From the human T2T-CHM13v2.0 reference genome, Homo sapiens, in NCBI RefSeq assembly GCF_009914755.1, contig NC_060929.1: 64,000 nt of DNA, one strand, 5' to 3'. Under the pieces are notes generated by a model. That model was not told where the DNA came from, made no database searches, and saw only the letters and a list, made by a program, of their open reading frames with translations. A program made the position numbers and the translations under genes. How positions within the stretch are numbered: the first letter of the stretch is position 1; the number at the start of each line of letters is the position of its first letter. Of the stretch, positions 14,001 through 28,114 are shown piece by piece.

Positions 14001-16860
14001 AATCAGAGCTCCAAAATGAAAAAATGAAATATGTAGGTATAAATTTAACCAAACAGGTACAAAATCTGTATACTAGGATCTACAAAATGCCGATGGGAGC
14101 AATAAAAGATCTAAATAAATGGAGAGAAATACCATATTTATGGAGTGGAAGACAGCATGGTATGGATATACCACTTCTCAGACTGATCTATACATTTAAC
14201 ATAATGCAAATAAAAATTTAAGTGCTTTTTTGTAGATATAGACAAGATGATTCTAAAATTTATATGCAACTGAATGATCAACACAATTTTGAATAGAAAA
14301 ATCGTTTCGGAGAAATACTACTCATTATATCATTTATAAAACAAGGGTTTAGTAATCAAGACAGTGTACTGTCAGCGAAAGAAAACATACATAAATCAAT
14401 GGACCAAAATAGAGATTCCAGAAATAGATCCACACAAATAGGGGCCAATTGATTTTCTACAAAGGTAAAAAGGCTATCCAATGAAAAAAGTTTTATCTCT
14501 TCAAAAAATGGTGCTTAAAAAATTGAATATCAGTATGCAAAAGAATGACCATTATACAAAAGTTAATACAAAATAGACTATTAATCCAAATGTAAAATGC
14601 AAAACTATAAAAACTTAGTAGAAAACATAAGAGAAAATCTTGATGACCTTGGATTAGGCAAAGAGTTCTTTCATATGACACCAAAAGCTTGGTCCATGAA
14701 AGGAAAAATGATAAACTGGATTTCATCAATATTAAAAAACAACAAAAGTACTTTGTTCTGTTAAGGGATTAAAATACAAGTAATAGCCCTGGAGAAAAGA
14801 TTTGCAAGTTGCATATCCAGATACTAGGACTTGTATGCAGAATATGTAAATTACTCAACATTAAGAAATCAAACAATTCAACTCTCATACATTGTTGCTG
14901 GGAATGGAAAACTTTACAACCGCTTTGGAAAATGGTGTGGCAGTTTATCCTAAAGGTAAATATGCACTTAACATATGACCCAGCAATCCCACCCCTGAGC
15001 ATTTACTTCAAAAAAACAAAAACTTACATTCACCTAAAGCCTGATCACAAATGTTTATATCTGATCTATTCATAATTGCCAAAATTTAGGAACAGTCCAA
15101 ATGTTCTTTAACAGGTGAATGGATAAACAATCTGTGGTACATCCATACAAGGAAATGCTATTCAGCAATGAAAAGAAATGAATTAGTGATCCATCTAACT
15201 GCTTGGAAGAATACCAAAGCATTATGCTGAGGGAAAGAAGATAGTCTCAAAGGTTACTTACTGTACAATTATATTTATGTGTCATTTTCTAAAAAACAAA
15301 CATAATGACCAGATGAGTGATTACTATTGATGAGGGAGAGGGGAGGCTGTAAGTTTACAGGAATAGCACAAAGAAGTTTTGGGGTGTGATGGAAATGTTC
15401 TGTCCCCTGATTATTGTGGTCATTGCACAAATCAATAGAAGTGTTAAAACACAGAGGACAGTACAGTAAAAAGAAAATGTTACTGTATATGAATTTAAAA
15501 ATTAAAGTTAGAACAAAACAAAAAAGAGTAAGAAATTTTATCTGATTGTTAGATTTGCTTTTAGCATTACAACTGTGTATTCCACAAAAGGTTTGTGCAC
15601 GTTGTGCCCTTTGCAAAGGTACCTAATCTATAGGACCTACAGGGGAGTACATATTGAAATCCATCCCAGACTTCACCTGCCAATCCCTTTTTCTAATCCT
15701 TCCATGAACTTGAGAAGCCTTTTAAAAATATCCATCTTCCCAGTTTTGTACCTCTTTTAATTGACATTAACATACTGTCATAAATGAAGCCTTGCTTAGG
15801 ACCAATATTTTTTGCAGATTTTAGTGAGTTTCTGTGTTCAAATACATTGTTTTAGAAATTCCAAGTGGAGAGCTATTTCTTCGTTGTTCCTTTCTCCCTT
15901 TATTCCTTTTCCACATTTGACCCATTCTTCAGAACTCTAAATAAATTCTTTTAGATATCCTAGGTTGTTTCTCAGCCGACCACGCATCACATTTCAGTAT
16001 GCCTTTCTTATAACTTGCATTTTATTCATTCTGTCTCCCCAGTTAGATTCTCATCTCTGTGTGATCAAGGATCTTACTTAATGCATGTCTGTCTCTTCAG
16101 CACATAGCATAGTCACCTGAGCTTCCCATATCTATATATTTCGGAATAGAAGTGAATTTCTGATAAGAAAATATTTCCTATGGTTCACAAGAAAAGCAAA
16201 GCTGAATGTAATCATGTTTAATTTTTGGCTGTCTTGTATATTTTATTAGGCACTGGCCAAAACCTAAATTGGACACTTTATATTTCTATTTTAGCAATAG
16301 GGATAAAACTTGGATACATTGTCAAAGTTGATTGTTCTTAAGATTTTTCTCTTCTCAAGATTCTTTACTGTTAACAATTGACTTTAATTATAGCATTTTG
16401 CTTCTATTAAAAATGTTTTGATGGTGCTATTAAATAATATATGAATATTAAAATATGTTGATTATATCCTTGGGAAATTTAGACCATTTGAATTTAGAAA
16501 CCCCCCAAAGTCCTCATATTTTTTTTCAGTTGTTGGGATAAACTCTGGAAAATGGCAGCTTTCTATTCATCACACATTTACCCAATGTTGTCAGTGAACA
16601 ATAATACTTGTTAAGCATCTACTAAGTACCACGGGTTTTAAAATGTCACCTCTTTTAACCCTTGGAGAATTCAATGCAATAAGAGATTATTTCATTTTAC
16701 AAATAAAGAAAGCCACAGTTTATGTTTAATGGTTATCATATTTTAGACCAGCCAATATATGCTTGAAATATGTGTCTAAATTACTTAGCATTCCTAAGAC
16801 AAATTATCACAATTCTACCGGTGGGAAAACTGAATGTCAGAAAAGACAACTAACTTTTTT

Positions 16861-17121
16861 TTCGGCATTTTTTTCTTTATTTCTTCTAAAAATAAATAAA
16901 TAACAAATACACGTGCAGAACGTGCAGGTGTGTTACATAGGTATACATGTGCCATGGTGGTTTCTGCACCTATTGACTCATCCTCTAAGTTCCCTCCCCT
17001 CGCACCCCAATCCCTCGACAGGCCTTGGTGTGTGTTGTTCCCCTCTCTGTGTCAATGTGTTCTCATTGTTCAACACCCACCCACTTATGAGTGAGAACAT
17101 GCAATGTTTGGTTTTCTGGAA
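16861..17121 (-). mobile_element. Short 5'-truncated L1PA/PB 3' end
   Basis: gtgcagaacgtgcaggtgtgttacataggtatacatgtgccatggtgg...atgagtgagaacatgc. Probable imperfect TSD aact(a/g)actttttt. Confidence 0.85.
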
Positions 17122-19899
17122 AACTGACTTTTTTATAGTCACAGATTTAAAACTGAGGCTGGGATTCAAACCCTACAGTATTTGACACAAGACCATTGGT
17201 TATTATTTTTAGGCAGGTCCTTTTTTAAAAATAAAACATCTTTATTGAGGCAAAATTAATTTATAATAAGCCTGTTTTGCTTATACAATTTGATGAGTTT
17301 GGATGTATATATAAATTCTTAAAATTTTATTCTCCTCATTTGACCTTCTTTATACTTAATGCAGAAAAAGGTAAAAAAGCATCTATTATTAAGTTCCAAT
17401 CAGAAATCAGAAATTTTTTTAAGTATCAAAGCATTCTTGAAAAAAAAAATTAACGTGTTTATTTACTATGGCAATTTCCTCAATGTACAAACCTAAAAAC
17501 TGATGTCTTAAAAATACATCTACAGTTTGAGTCACTTGAATTTAAATATTTATTCTATTTAACAAATTATGTCAAAAACTATATTAAACTTTATATTTTA
17601 AATAGTAATATTTAAGAGCTTCAGATATTTGTAGGTATAATTGCTTTGAAATTATAACTATTTTCTTTATATTTCTGCAGTTTATAGATTACTTGAATAA
17701 AAATGCTGATCACACTGAGTAGAAAGCAAGTTGTGAAGAATAACAAAATGATTAAAAATTGGAATGGTGTAAAAATATTGTGTCCAACTGTTTGGAAGTT
17801 TGAGTTGGTTTGTAGTTGTAAATGAATGCTGTCAATGCTTTTGCTAGTATACTAAAAAAGCAATTTATACAGCTTTTTGCTAGCATGATATTTAATTTTT
17901 TAATTGTCCCTATTTAATGCCTTCAGGATATGATTATGTTATAACATTGTAAAAATGTGTCAGCCAGAATTCCTGATTTATGTGCAATCAGAACACTTTT
18001 AAATTTTTCCAGCTGTATCCTTAAAGTTACTTCATGAAAATCTTTTAACTGTGATTCATCTTACCTATTTTTCAGAGTTATGACAGTTTGTTAATCTCCA
18101 AGGCAGATGAAATCATTAAACCTAAATAACTTCTTTGGCTTGTGAGCAAAGTCATATAGAAAGTCTAAGAACTCTGACTTTTATCTTTCTTTTAATTAAC
18201 ATAACAATGAGAATACCAATTTTCAGCTGTTTCTGTGTAGACTGTGAAGTAGTGTTCCCATTACTGATTTACAAGAGTTAGTTGTGTAATCTACCATGTA
18301 TGACTTTTTGATTGTGTCATAAACATTATATTTTCCGAGGTACACTGAAATCTAAATTAAAAATTTCAGATGGGGTATTTTATTATGATCTGTCAAAACT
18401 ACAATAATGTATATCAGAGTTTGGCTTAATTCAAAATCTCTAAGGATTTGAGGGTTTATCTTCTAAAGCCATCCAATAATCTACCCTTATATTTTCTGAA
18501 GAGGGATAAGATGTGAATGTGAAGTAGGATAAATCTGGAACAGGAGCACAAAAGCTAGCTGCAGACATAATTTTTTTTAACATTCTTCCTTCCATATAAA
18601 AGCAATCCATCTCATCATCTTAATGCGGGGAGGAAGGGGGTGGGTGGGTCTCGGTGGTGTAGTTTGTAAAAAAGCTTAAAGGAAATATAAAACAATAACA
18701 GCAGAAACAAACCCTATTTTGGAATGTGTTCTTTACTATGACATCCTTCTCATTTCAAAGAGCAGAATTTAGAAATCACCACTGCTGCTCCTACATACCA
18801 TTGTCCCTGTGATTGAATCTCCTTTCTTTCACTTTTTCTCTAAACATTTACTTGAATCATCTTTCATCTTCTTCCTCCTGTACCATATTAATATTTTATA
18901 TAAAAGCTTGCCAAAGATGTAGAAGTGACCTATGTGTGTACACACACTTTTAAAAATATAGGTATTTCCATCTGTACTTAATTTTGTCTCCATACACGGA
19001 GCAGGGCAAAAAATTATACTAAATTAGGCAAAGAAAATGTAGCATTTAGCTTTCTACAGTGTATTAAATCTTTCTCATAAGTTTCTATTTCACTTAATTC
19101 CAAGAAAATCAAAACTTAAAATTGTCAATTTGTGTTATTTTCCCTCTAGTTTAAATTGCTTTATTCTTTTTTTTTTTTTTAGTTAAATACCCATTTTTTC
19201 CAAATAGCCCCTCCTAACCTCTCATCTGGTGCTTTCCAAGGAGCTGGGAGGGGGACTTTGTGTAGGTCAGCAATCACAGGTTCTTTCACTACTCTCTGAA
19301 ACTTTTTTGATCTTTGCAGTAAATTCCCTTACTTCTGGGCAACCAGAGCACACTGTTGGATTTGGTGGCCAACCATGCAGTTGGCGAGTGCAACTTAAGC
19401 ATATTGGCTGACCTACCTATTCAATTCATCTACACCACAATTTTTTATCTTTCCCCTGATGCTTACCCTACTAGCTTGTACTGCTGAAGATACTGCTGAG
19501 CTTCAGGCACATCATCCATAGGTTCCCTGTGTTAAACTGCCCACCTCTCTGACTTCCATGGCAGTCGGAGTCAACGTGGGCTCAGGAATAACTCAGCCCT
19601 TCTCTCTGCCTAATTACTCAGTATTTTCACTGCTTTTCTTCTTGAGCCATCCTATACTGACATGGAATAGAGTTCCAAAAGTGTTCACTAATCCTAATTC
19701 CTCCTCACCTGCCATCAGAGAGAAGCCTTTAGAGGACTAGAAAGACATCAGTTACATGGAAATAGAAGAGAGATGCATATTAATGCATTTTCAAATTTTA
19801 TATTGCTACACTGTACGAAACATACCTGGACTCATAATTTATTCACCTAAATATTTTTCAGGTTCCCACAAAGAATTCCAGAAACTGTTTCACACATTG

Positions 19900-20290
19900 G
19901 GAATTAACATATTGTTTTATTTCCTGTCATTGTTGTGCTTACATTTTGATGGAGACAGTGAATATACATATTAAATAATTAGTTGGTATATTAAAAGATA
20001 AAACTGATATAGAAAAAATAGCCCATACAAATAAGGGATAATCCGGGAGTTCCAGGGGAGAAGGAAATTTATAATTTTAAACAGAGTGATCAAGAAATGT
20101 CTCACTGAAGAAAGTGACAAGTGATATTTGCATAAAGGTTTGATGATGATCTGGAAAATACATCTAAGGAAAGAATGTTCCAGGCAAAGTGAAATCCAGT
20201 CAAGAGGTCCTAAGATGTAACGATGCTTGCTCACATTTGAGAAATGACCAAGAGAAAGCCAAGGTAGCTGGAATTGAATTAATGAACGAT
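19900..20290 (-). mobile_element. L2 fragment
   Basis: ggaaagaatgttccaggcaaagtgaaa...gaggtcctaagatg...aggtagctggaattga, typical antisense L2. Confidence 0.7.
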
Positions 20291-20617
20291 TACAGGAATT
20301 TCAGATTTTGTATTTCTTTTTTTGACTGATTTGACAAATTGTAAAATTTATTTACATATATTTGTTATATTGCCTTGATATCTTTAAGAATTGTAGAGAT
20401 GTTTCCTTATTTATTTTGATGCTGGTAATTTGTATTTATCTCTCTTTTATCCTTGATAGATTTACCAGGGAATTGTTCATGTTTTTGCCAACTTTCTTAT
20501 ACATTTATTTTATAATTCATTGATTTTCCTCTTTTTTACTTCCTTTTATTTTTTTAAGCTTTAATCGTCTTCTTTTTTTCTTTAGCTCCCTGAAGGAATT
20601 TATTGATTTTCAAACTT

Positions 20618-20662
<45 letters not shown>

Positions 20663-20684
20663 CATATACATACATATACATATG
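20618..20684. repeat. (CA)n/(TACA)n microsatellite
   Basis: Read directly; adjoins the VNTR. Confidence 0.95.
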
Positions 20685-21196
20685 CATGTATATGTACGTA
20701 TACGTACATATACCTATATGCATGTATGCATGTATATGTACGTATACGTACATATACCTATATGCATGTATATGTACGTATACGTACATATACCTATATG
20801 CATGTATATGTACGTATACGTACATATACCTATATGCATGTATATGTACGTATACGTACATATACCTATATGCATGTATATGTACGTATACGTACATATA
20901 CCTATATGCATGTATATGTACGTATACGTACATATACCTATATGCATGTATATGTACGTATACGTACATATACCTATATGCATGTATATGTACGTATACG
21001 TACATATACCTATATGCATGTATATGTACGTATACGTACATATACCTATATGCATGTATATGTACGTATACGTACATATACCTATATGCATGTATATGTA
21101 CGTATACGTACATATACCTATATGCATGTATATGTACGTATACGTACATATACCTATATGCATGTATATGTACGTATACGTACATATACCTATATG
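20685..21196. repeat. 36-bp minisatellite, 14 identical units, each holding a 26-bp perfect palindrome
   Basis: Unit catgtatatgtacgtatacgtacatatacctatatg. One unit (20685-20720), an 8-nt catgtatg insert, then 13 units (20729-21196 = 468 nt). Confidence 0.97.
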
Positions 21197-23868
21197 CATG
21201 TATATATACACACATATACACACATATATATACTTTAAGTTCTGGGGTACATGTGCAGAATGTGCAGGTTACATAGGTATACACGTGCCAGGGTGGTTTG
21301 CTGCACCCATTAACCCGTCATCTATGTTAGGTATTTCTCCTTATGCTATCCCTCCCTTAACCCCCACCCCTTGAAGGCCCTGGTATGTAATGTTCCCCTC
21401 CCTGTGTCCATGTGTTCTCATTGTTCAATGCCCACTTGAGTGAGAACATGTGGTATTTGGATTTCTGTTCCTGTGTTAGTTTACTGAGAATGATGGTTTC
21501 CAGCTTCATCCATGTCCCCACAAAGGACATGAACTCATCCTTTTTTATGGCTGCATAGTATCCCATTGTGTATATGTGCCACATTATCTTTATCCAGTCT
21601 ATTATTGATTGGCATTTGTGTTGGTTCCAAGTCTTTGCTACTGTGAACAGTGCTGCAATATACATACGTGTGCATGTGTCTTTATAGTAGAATGATTTAT
21701 AATCCTTTGGGTATATACCCAGTAATGGGATTGCTGGGTCAATTGGTATTTCTGGTTCTAGATCCTTGAGGAATTGCCACACTGTCTTCCACAATGGCTG
21801 AACTAGTTTACACTCCCACCAACAGTATAAAAGCATTCCTGTTTCTCCACATCCTCTCCAGCATCTCTTGTTTCCTGACTTCTTAATGATCGCCATTCTA
21901 ACTGGCGTGAGATAGTATCTCATTGTGGTTTTTATTTGCATTTCTCTAATGACCAGTGGTGATGAGCTTTTTTTCATATGTTTGTTGGTCACATAAATGT
22001 CTTCTTTTGAGAAGTGTCTGTTCATATCCTTAGCCCACTTTTTGATGGGGTTGTTTTTTTCTTGTAAATTTGATTAAGTTCTTTGTAGATTCTGGATATT
22101 AGACCTTTGTCAGATGGATAGATTGCAAAAATGTTGTCCCATTCTTTAGGTTGCCTGTTCACTCTGATGGTAGTTTCTTTTGCTGTGCAGAAGCTCTTTA
22201 GATTAATTAGATCCCATTTGTCAATTGTGCCTTTTGTTGCTATTGCTTTTGGTATTTTAGTCATGAAGCCTTTGCCCATGCCTGTGTCCTGAATGGTATT
22301 ACCTAGGTTTTCTTCTAGGATTTTTATCATTTTAGGTCTTATGTTTAAGTCTTCAATCTATCTTGAGTTAATTTTTGTATAAGGTGTAAGGAAGGGGTCC
22401 AGTTTTAGTTTTCTGCATTCTAGCCAGTTTTCCCAACACCGTTTATTAAATAGGGAATCCTTTCCCCATTGCTTGTTTTTGTCAGGTTTGTCAAAGATGA
22501 AATGGCTGTAGATGAGTGGCCTTACTTCTGAGGCCTCTGTTCTGTCCCGTTGGTCTATATATCTGTTTTTTTACCAGTACCATGCTGTTTTGATTACTAT
22601 AGCCTTCTAGTATAGTTTGAAGACAGGTAGCATGACGCCTCCAGCTTTGTTCTTTTTGCTTAGGATTTTCTTGACTATACGGGCTCTTTTTTGGCTCCAT
22701 ATGAAATTCAAAGTAGTTTTTTCTAATTCTGTGAAGAAAGTCAATGGTAGCTTGATGGGGATAGCATTGAATCTATGAATTACTTTTGTCAGTATGGCCA
22801 TTTTCACGATATTGATTCTTCCTATCCATGAGCATGGAATGTTTTTCCATTTGTTTGTGTCCTCTCTTATTTTCTTGAGCAGTGGTTTGTAGTTCTCCTT
22901 GAAGAGGTCCTTCACATCCCCTGTAAGTTGTATTCCTAGGTATTTTATTATCTTTGTAGCAATTGTGAATGGGAGTTCACTCATGATTTGGCTTTCTATT
23001 CATCTGTTATTGGTGTAGAGGAATGCTTGTGATTTTTGCACATTGATTTTGTATCCTGAACTTTGCTGAAGCTGCTTATTACCTTAAGGAGATTTTGGGC
23101 TGAAACGATGGGGTTTTCTAAACAGACAATCATGTCATCTGCAAACAGACAATTTGACTTCCTCTATTCCTATTTGAATACCCTTTATTTATTTCTCTTG
23201 CCTGACTGCCCTGGCCAGAACGTCCAATATATGTTAAATAGGAGTAGTGAAAGAGGGCATCCTTGTCTTGTGCTGGTTTTCAAAGGGGATGCTTCCAGTT
23301 TTTGCCCATTCACTATGATATTGGCAGTGGGTTTTTCACAAATAGCTCTTATTAATTTCAGATACGTTCCATCAATACCTAGTTTATTGAGAATTTTCAG
23401 CATGAAGGGGTGTTGAATTTTATTGATGGCCGTTTCTGCATCTATTGAGATAATTGTGTCATTTTTGTCATTGGTTCTGTTTATGTGATGGATTACATTT
23501 ACTGATTTGTGTATGTTGAAACAGCCTTGTATCCCAGGGGTGAAGCTGACTTGATCGTGGTGGGTAAGCTTTTTGATGTGCTGCTGGATTCGGTTTGCCA
23601 GAATTTTATTGACGATTTTTGCATCGATGTTCGTCAGGGATATTGGCCTGAAATTCTCTTTTTTTGATGTGTCTCTGCCAGATTTTGGTATCAGGATGAT
23701 GCTGGCCTCATAAAATGAGTTAGGGAGGAGTCCCTCCTTTTTCTATTGTTGGGAATAGTTTCAGAAAGAATGGTACTAGCTCCTCTTTGTACCTCTGGTA
23801 GAATTCTGCTGTGAATCCATCTGGTCCTGGGCTTTTTTAGGTTGGTAGGCTATTAATTACTGCCTCAA

Positions 23869-24202
23869 TTTCAGAACTTGCTATTGCTCTATTCAGGGAT
23901 TCAACTTCTTCCTGGTTTAGTCTTGGGAGGGTGTATGTGTCCAGGAATTTATCTATTTCTTCTAGATTTTCTAGTTTATTTGCATTGAGGTATTTATAGT
24001 ATTCTTGGATGGTAGTTTGTATTTCTTGTGACCAGTTTCAGAACTTGCTATTGCTGTATTCAGGGATTTGACTTCTTCCTGGTTTAGTCTTGGGAGGGTG
24101 TATGTGTCCAGGAATTTATCTATTTCTTCTAGATTTTCTAGTTTATTTGCATCGGGGTATTTATAGTATTCTCTGATGGTAGTTTATATTTCTTGTGACC
24201 AG
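23869..24202. repeat. 167-bp tandem duplication inside L1 ORF2
   Basis: Copies at 23869-24035 and 24036-24202, differing at 8 positions. Confidence 0.95.
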
Positions 24203-25289
24203 TGGTGATATCCTCTTTGTCATTTTTTATTGTGTCTATTTGATTCTTCTCTCTTTTCTTCTTTCTTTATCTGGCTAGTGGTCTATATATTTTGATAATC
24301 TTTTAAAAAAAAAAAGCTCCTGGATTCATTCATTTTTTGAAGGGTTTTTCGTGTCTCTGTCTCCTTTAGTTCTGCTCTGATCTTAGTTATTTCTTGTCTT
24401 CTGCTAGCTTTTGAATTTGTTTGCTTCTTGCTTCTCTACTTCTTTTAATTGTGATGTTAGGGTGTTGTTGTTATAACTTTTCCACTTTCTGCTGTGGACA
24501 TTTAGCGCTATAAATTTCCCTCTAAATACTGCTTTAGCTGTGTCTCAGAGATGCTGGTATGTTGTATCTTTGTTCTCATTGGTTTTAAATAACTTATTTA
24601 TTTCTGCCTTAATTTCGTTATTTACCCAGTAGTCATTCAGGAACAGGTTGTTCAGTTTCCATGTAGTTGTGCGGTTTTGAGTGAGTTTCTTAATCCTGAG
24701 TTCTAGTTTGATTGCATTGGGGTCTGAGAGACTGTTTTGATTTCCATTCTTTTGCATTTGCTGAGGAGTGTTTTATTTCCAATGATGTGGTGAATTTTAG
24801 AATAAGTCTGATGTGTTGCTGAGAAGAATTTATATTCTGTTGATTTTGGATGTAGAGTTGTGTAGATGTCTGTTAGTTCCACTTGGTCCAGAGCTGAGTT
24901 CATGTCCTGAATATCCTTGTTAATTTTCTGTCTCATTGATCTAGTATTGCCAGTGGGATGTTAAAGTCTCCCACTATGGTTGTGTGGGAGTCTAAGACTC
25001 TTTGTAAGTCTCTAAGAACTTGCTTTATGAATCTGGGTGCTCCTGTATTGGGGGAATATATATTTAGGATAGTTAGCTCTTCTTGTTGCGTTGATCCCTT
25101 TACCATTATGTAATGCCCTTCTTTATCTTTTTTTTTAATCTTTGTTTAAAGTCTGTTTTATCAGAGACTAGGATTGCAACCTCTGCTCTTTTTTTTGCTT
25201 TTCATTTGCTTGTAAATATTACTCCATCTCCCTTTGAGCCTATGTGTGTCTTTGCATGTGAGAAGGGTCTCATGAATACAGCATACTGA

Positions 25290-25634
<345 letters not shown>

Positions 25635-28105
25635 CAGTCTGTCTTTTAATTTGGGCATTTAGCCCATTTATATTTAAAGTTAGTATTGTTATGTGTAAAT
25701 TTGATCCTATCATTATGATGCTAGTTGGTTATTTTGCCCGTTATTTGATGCAGTTTCTTCATAGTGTTGGTGATCTTTACAATTTGGTATGTTTTTGCAG
25801 TGGCTGGTACTTATTTCTCCCTTCCATATTTAGTGCTTCTTTCAGGAGCTCTTGTAAGGCAGGCCTGGTGGTGACAAAATCTCTCAGCATTTGCTTGTCT
25901 GTAAAGGATTTTATTTCTCCTTCACTTATGAAGCTTAGTTTGGCTGGATATGAAATTCTGGGTTGAAAATTCTTTTCTTCAAGAATATTGAATATTGGCC
26001 CCCAATCTATTCTGGCTTGTAGGGTTTCTGCAGAGAGATCTGGTATTAGTCTGATGGGCTTCCCTTTGTGGATAACCTGACCTTTCTCTCTAGCTGCCCT
26101 TAACATTTTTTCCTTCATTTCAACCTTGGTGAATCTGACGATTATGTGTCTTGGGGTTGCTGTCCTTGAGGAGTATCTTTATGGTGTTCTCTGTATTTCC
26201 TGAATTTGAATGTTGGCCTCTCTTGCTAGGTTGGGGAAGTTCTCCTGGATAATATCCTGAAGAGCGTTTTCCAAGTTGGTCCCATTCTCCCCGTCACTTT
26301 CAGGTACACCAATCAAATGTAGATTTGGTCTTTTCACATAGTGCCGTATTTCTTGGAGGTTTTGTTCATTCCTTTTCATTCCTTTTTCTCTAATCTTGTC
26401 TTTGCGCTTTATTTCATTAATGTGATCTTCAATTTCTGATATCCTTTCTTCTGCTTGATCAATTCAGCTATTGATACTTGTGTATGCTTCACGAAGTTCT
26501 TGTGCTGTGTTTTTCAGCTCCATCGCATCATTTCTGTTCTTCTCAAAACTGGTTATTCTAGTTAGCAATTCCGCTAACCATTTCCAAGGTTCTTAGCTTC
26601 CTTGCATTGGGTTAGAACATGCTCCTTTAACTTGGAGAAGTTTGTTATTACCCACCTTCTGAAGCCTACTTCTGTCAATTTGTCAAAATCATTGTCTGTC
26701 CAGTTTTGTTCCCTTGCTGGCGAGGAGTTGTGATCATTTGGACGAGAAGAGGCATTCTGGTTTTTGGAATTTTCAGCCTTTTTGCGCTGGTTTCTCCCCA
26801 TCTTTGTGGATTCATCTACCTTTGGTCTTTGATGTTGATGACCTTCAGATGGGGTCTCTGACTGGATGTGCTAATCCTTTCTGTTTGTTAGTTTCCCTTC
26901 TAACAGTCAGGCCCCTCTGCTGCAGGTCTGCTGGAGTTTGCTGGAGGTCCACTCCAGACCCTGTTTGCCTGGGTATCACCAGGAGAGGCTGCAGAACAGC
27001 AAAGTTTGCCACTGGCTCCTTCCTCTGGAAGCTTCATCCCAGAGAGACACCCACCAGATACCAGCCAGAACTCTCCTGTATGAGGTGTCTGTCAACAACT
27101 GCTGGGAGGTGTCTCCCATTCAGGAGGCACGGGGGTCAGGGACCCACTTGAGGAGGCAGTCTGTCCCTTAGAAGAGCTCAAACACTGTGCTGGGAGATCT
27201 GCTGCTCTCTTCAGAGCCGCAGGCAGGAACAATTAAGTCTGCTGAAGCTGCACCCACAGCCGCCCCTTCACCCAGGTGCTCTGTCACAGGGAGATGGGAG
27301 TTTGATCTATAAGTCCCTGACTGGGGCTGCTGCCCTTCTTTCAGAGATGCCCTGCCTAGAGAGGAGGAATCTAGAGAGCCAGTCTGGCTACAGTGGCTTT
27401 GCAGAGCTGAGATGTGGGCTATGCTGAGTTTGAACTTCCTGGTAGCTTTGTTTACACTGTGAGGGGTAAACCGCCTACTCAAGCCTCATTAATGGTGGAT
27501 GCCCCTCCCTCCACCAAGCTTGACCATCCCAGGTCGACTTCAGACTGCTGTGCTGGCAGCAGGAATTTCAAGCCAGTGGATCTTAGCTTGCTGGGCTCCA
27601 TGGGGGTGGGATCTGCTGAGCTAGACCATTTGGTTCCCTGGCTTCAGCCCCCTTTCCAGGGAGTGATTCGTTCTGTCTTGCTGGTATTCCAGGTGCCACT
27701 GTGGTATGAAAATAATCTCCTGAAGCTAGTTAGGTGTCTGCCCAAATGGCTGCCCAGTTTTGTGCTTGAATCTCAGGGCCCTGGTGGTGCAGGCACCTGT
27801 GGGCAACTCCTGCTCTGCGGGTTGCAAAGACAGTGGGAAAAGCGTAGCATTTGGGGCCGGAATGCACCCTTCCTCAAGGCACAGTCCCTCATGGCTCCCC
27901 TTGGCTAGTGGAGGGAGTTCCCCAACCCCTTGCACTTCCCAGGTGAGGCAATGCCCTGCCCGCTTCTGCTTGCCCTCCGTGGGCTGCACCCACTGTCTAA
28001 CCAGTCCCAGTGAGATGAGCCGGGTAACTCAGTTGGAAAATCAGCGATCACCCACTTTCTGCGTTGATCTGGCTGGGAGCTGCAGACCGGAGCTGTTCCT
28101 ATTCA

Positions 28106-28114
28106 GCCATCTTG
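28106..28114 (-). promoter_or_regulatory. YY1 motif of the L1 internal promoter
   Basis: caagatggc on the minus strand, about 14-22 nt from the L1 5' end, the canonical position. Confidence 0.7.

Larger units (their letters stand above)
8950..15510 (+). mobile_element. Old near-full-length L1 (L1MC/MD-like), decayed
   Basis: ORF1-like region about 9950-10800; EN/RT remnants 11500-14750 (translations such as ENIIVYIEN, MKYVGINLTKQVQNLY, CWEWKTLQPLWK...YDPAIP); 3'UTR ending in an A-rich tract near 15510. Confidence 0.85.

Noticed and set aside
20685-21196. CRISPR-like array of 36-bp palindromic repeats
   Set aside because: Units are head-to-tail with an invariant linker, so there are no unique spacers. 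There are no cas genes and the context is a human intron. It is a minisatellite.
20603-21374. Five overlapping 169-230 aa ORFs with repeating peptides
   Set aside because: Artefact of a 36-nt unit that lacks stop codons in five of six frames; no splice or promoter support.
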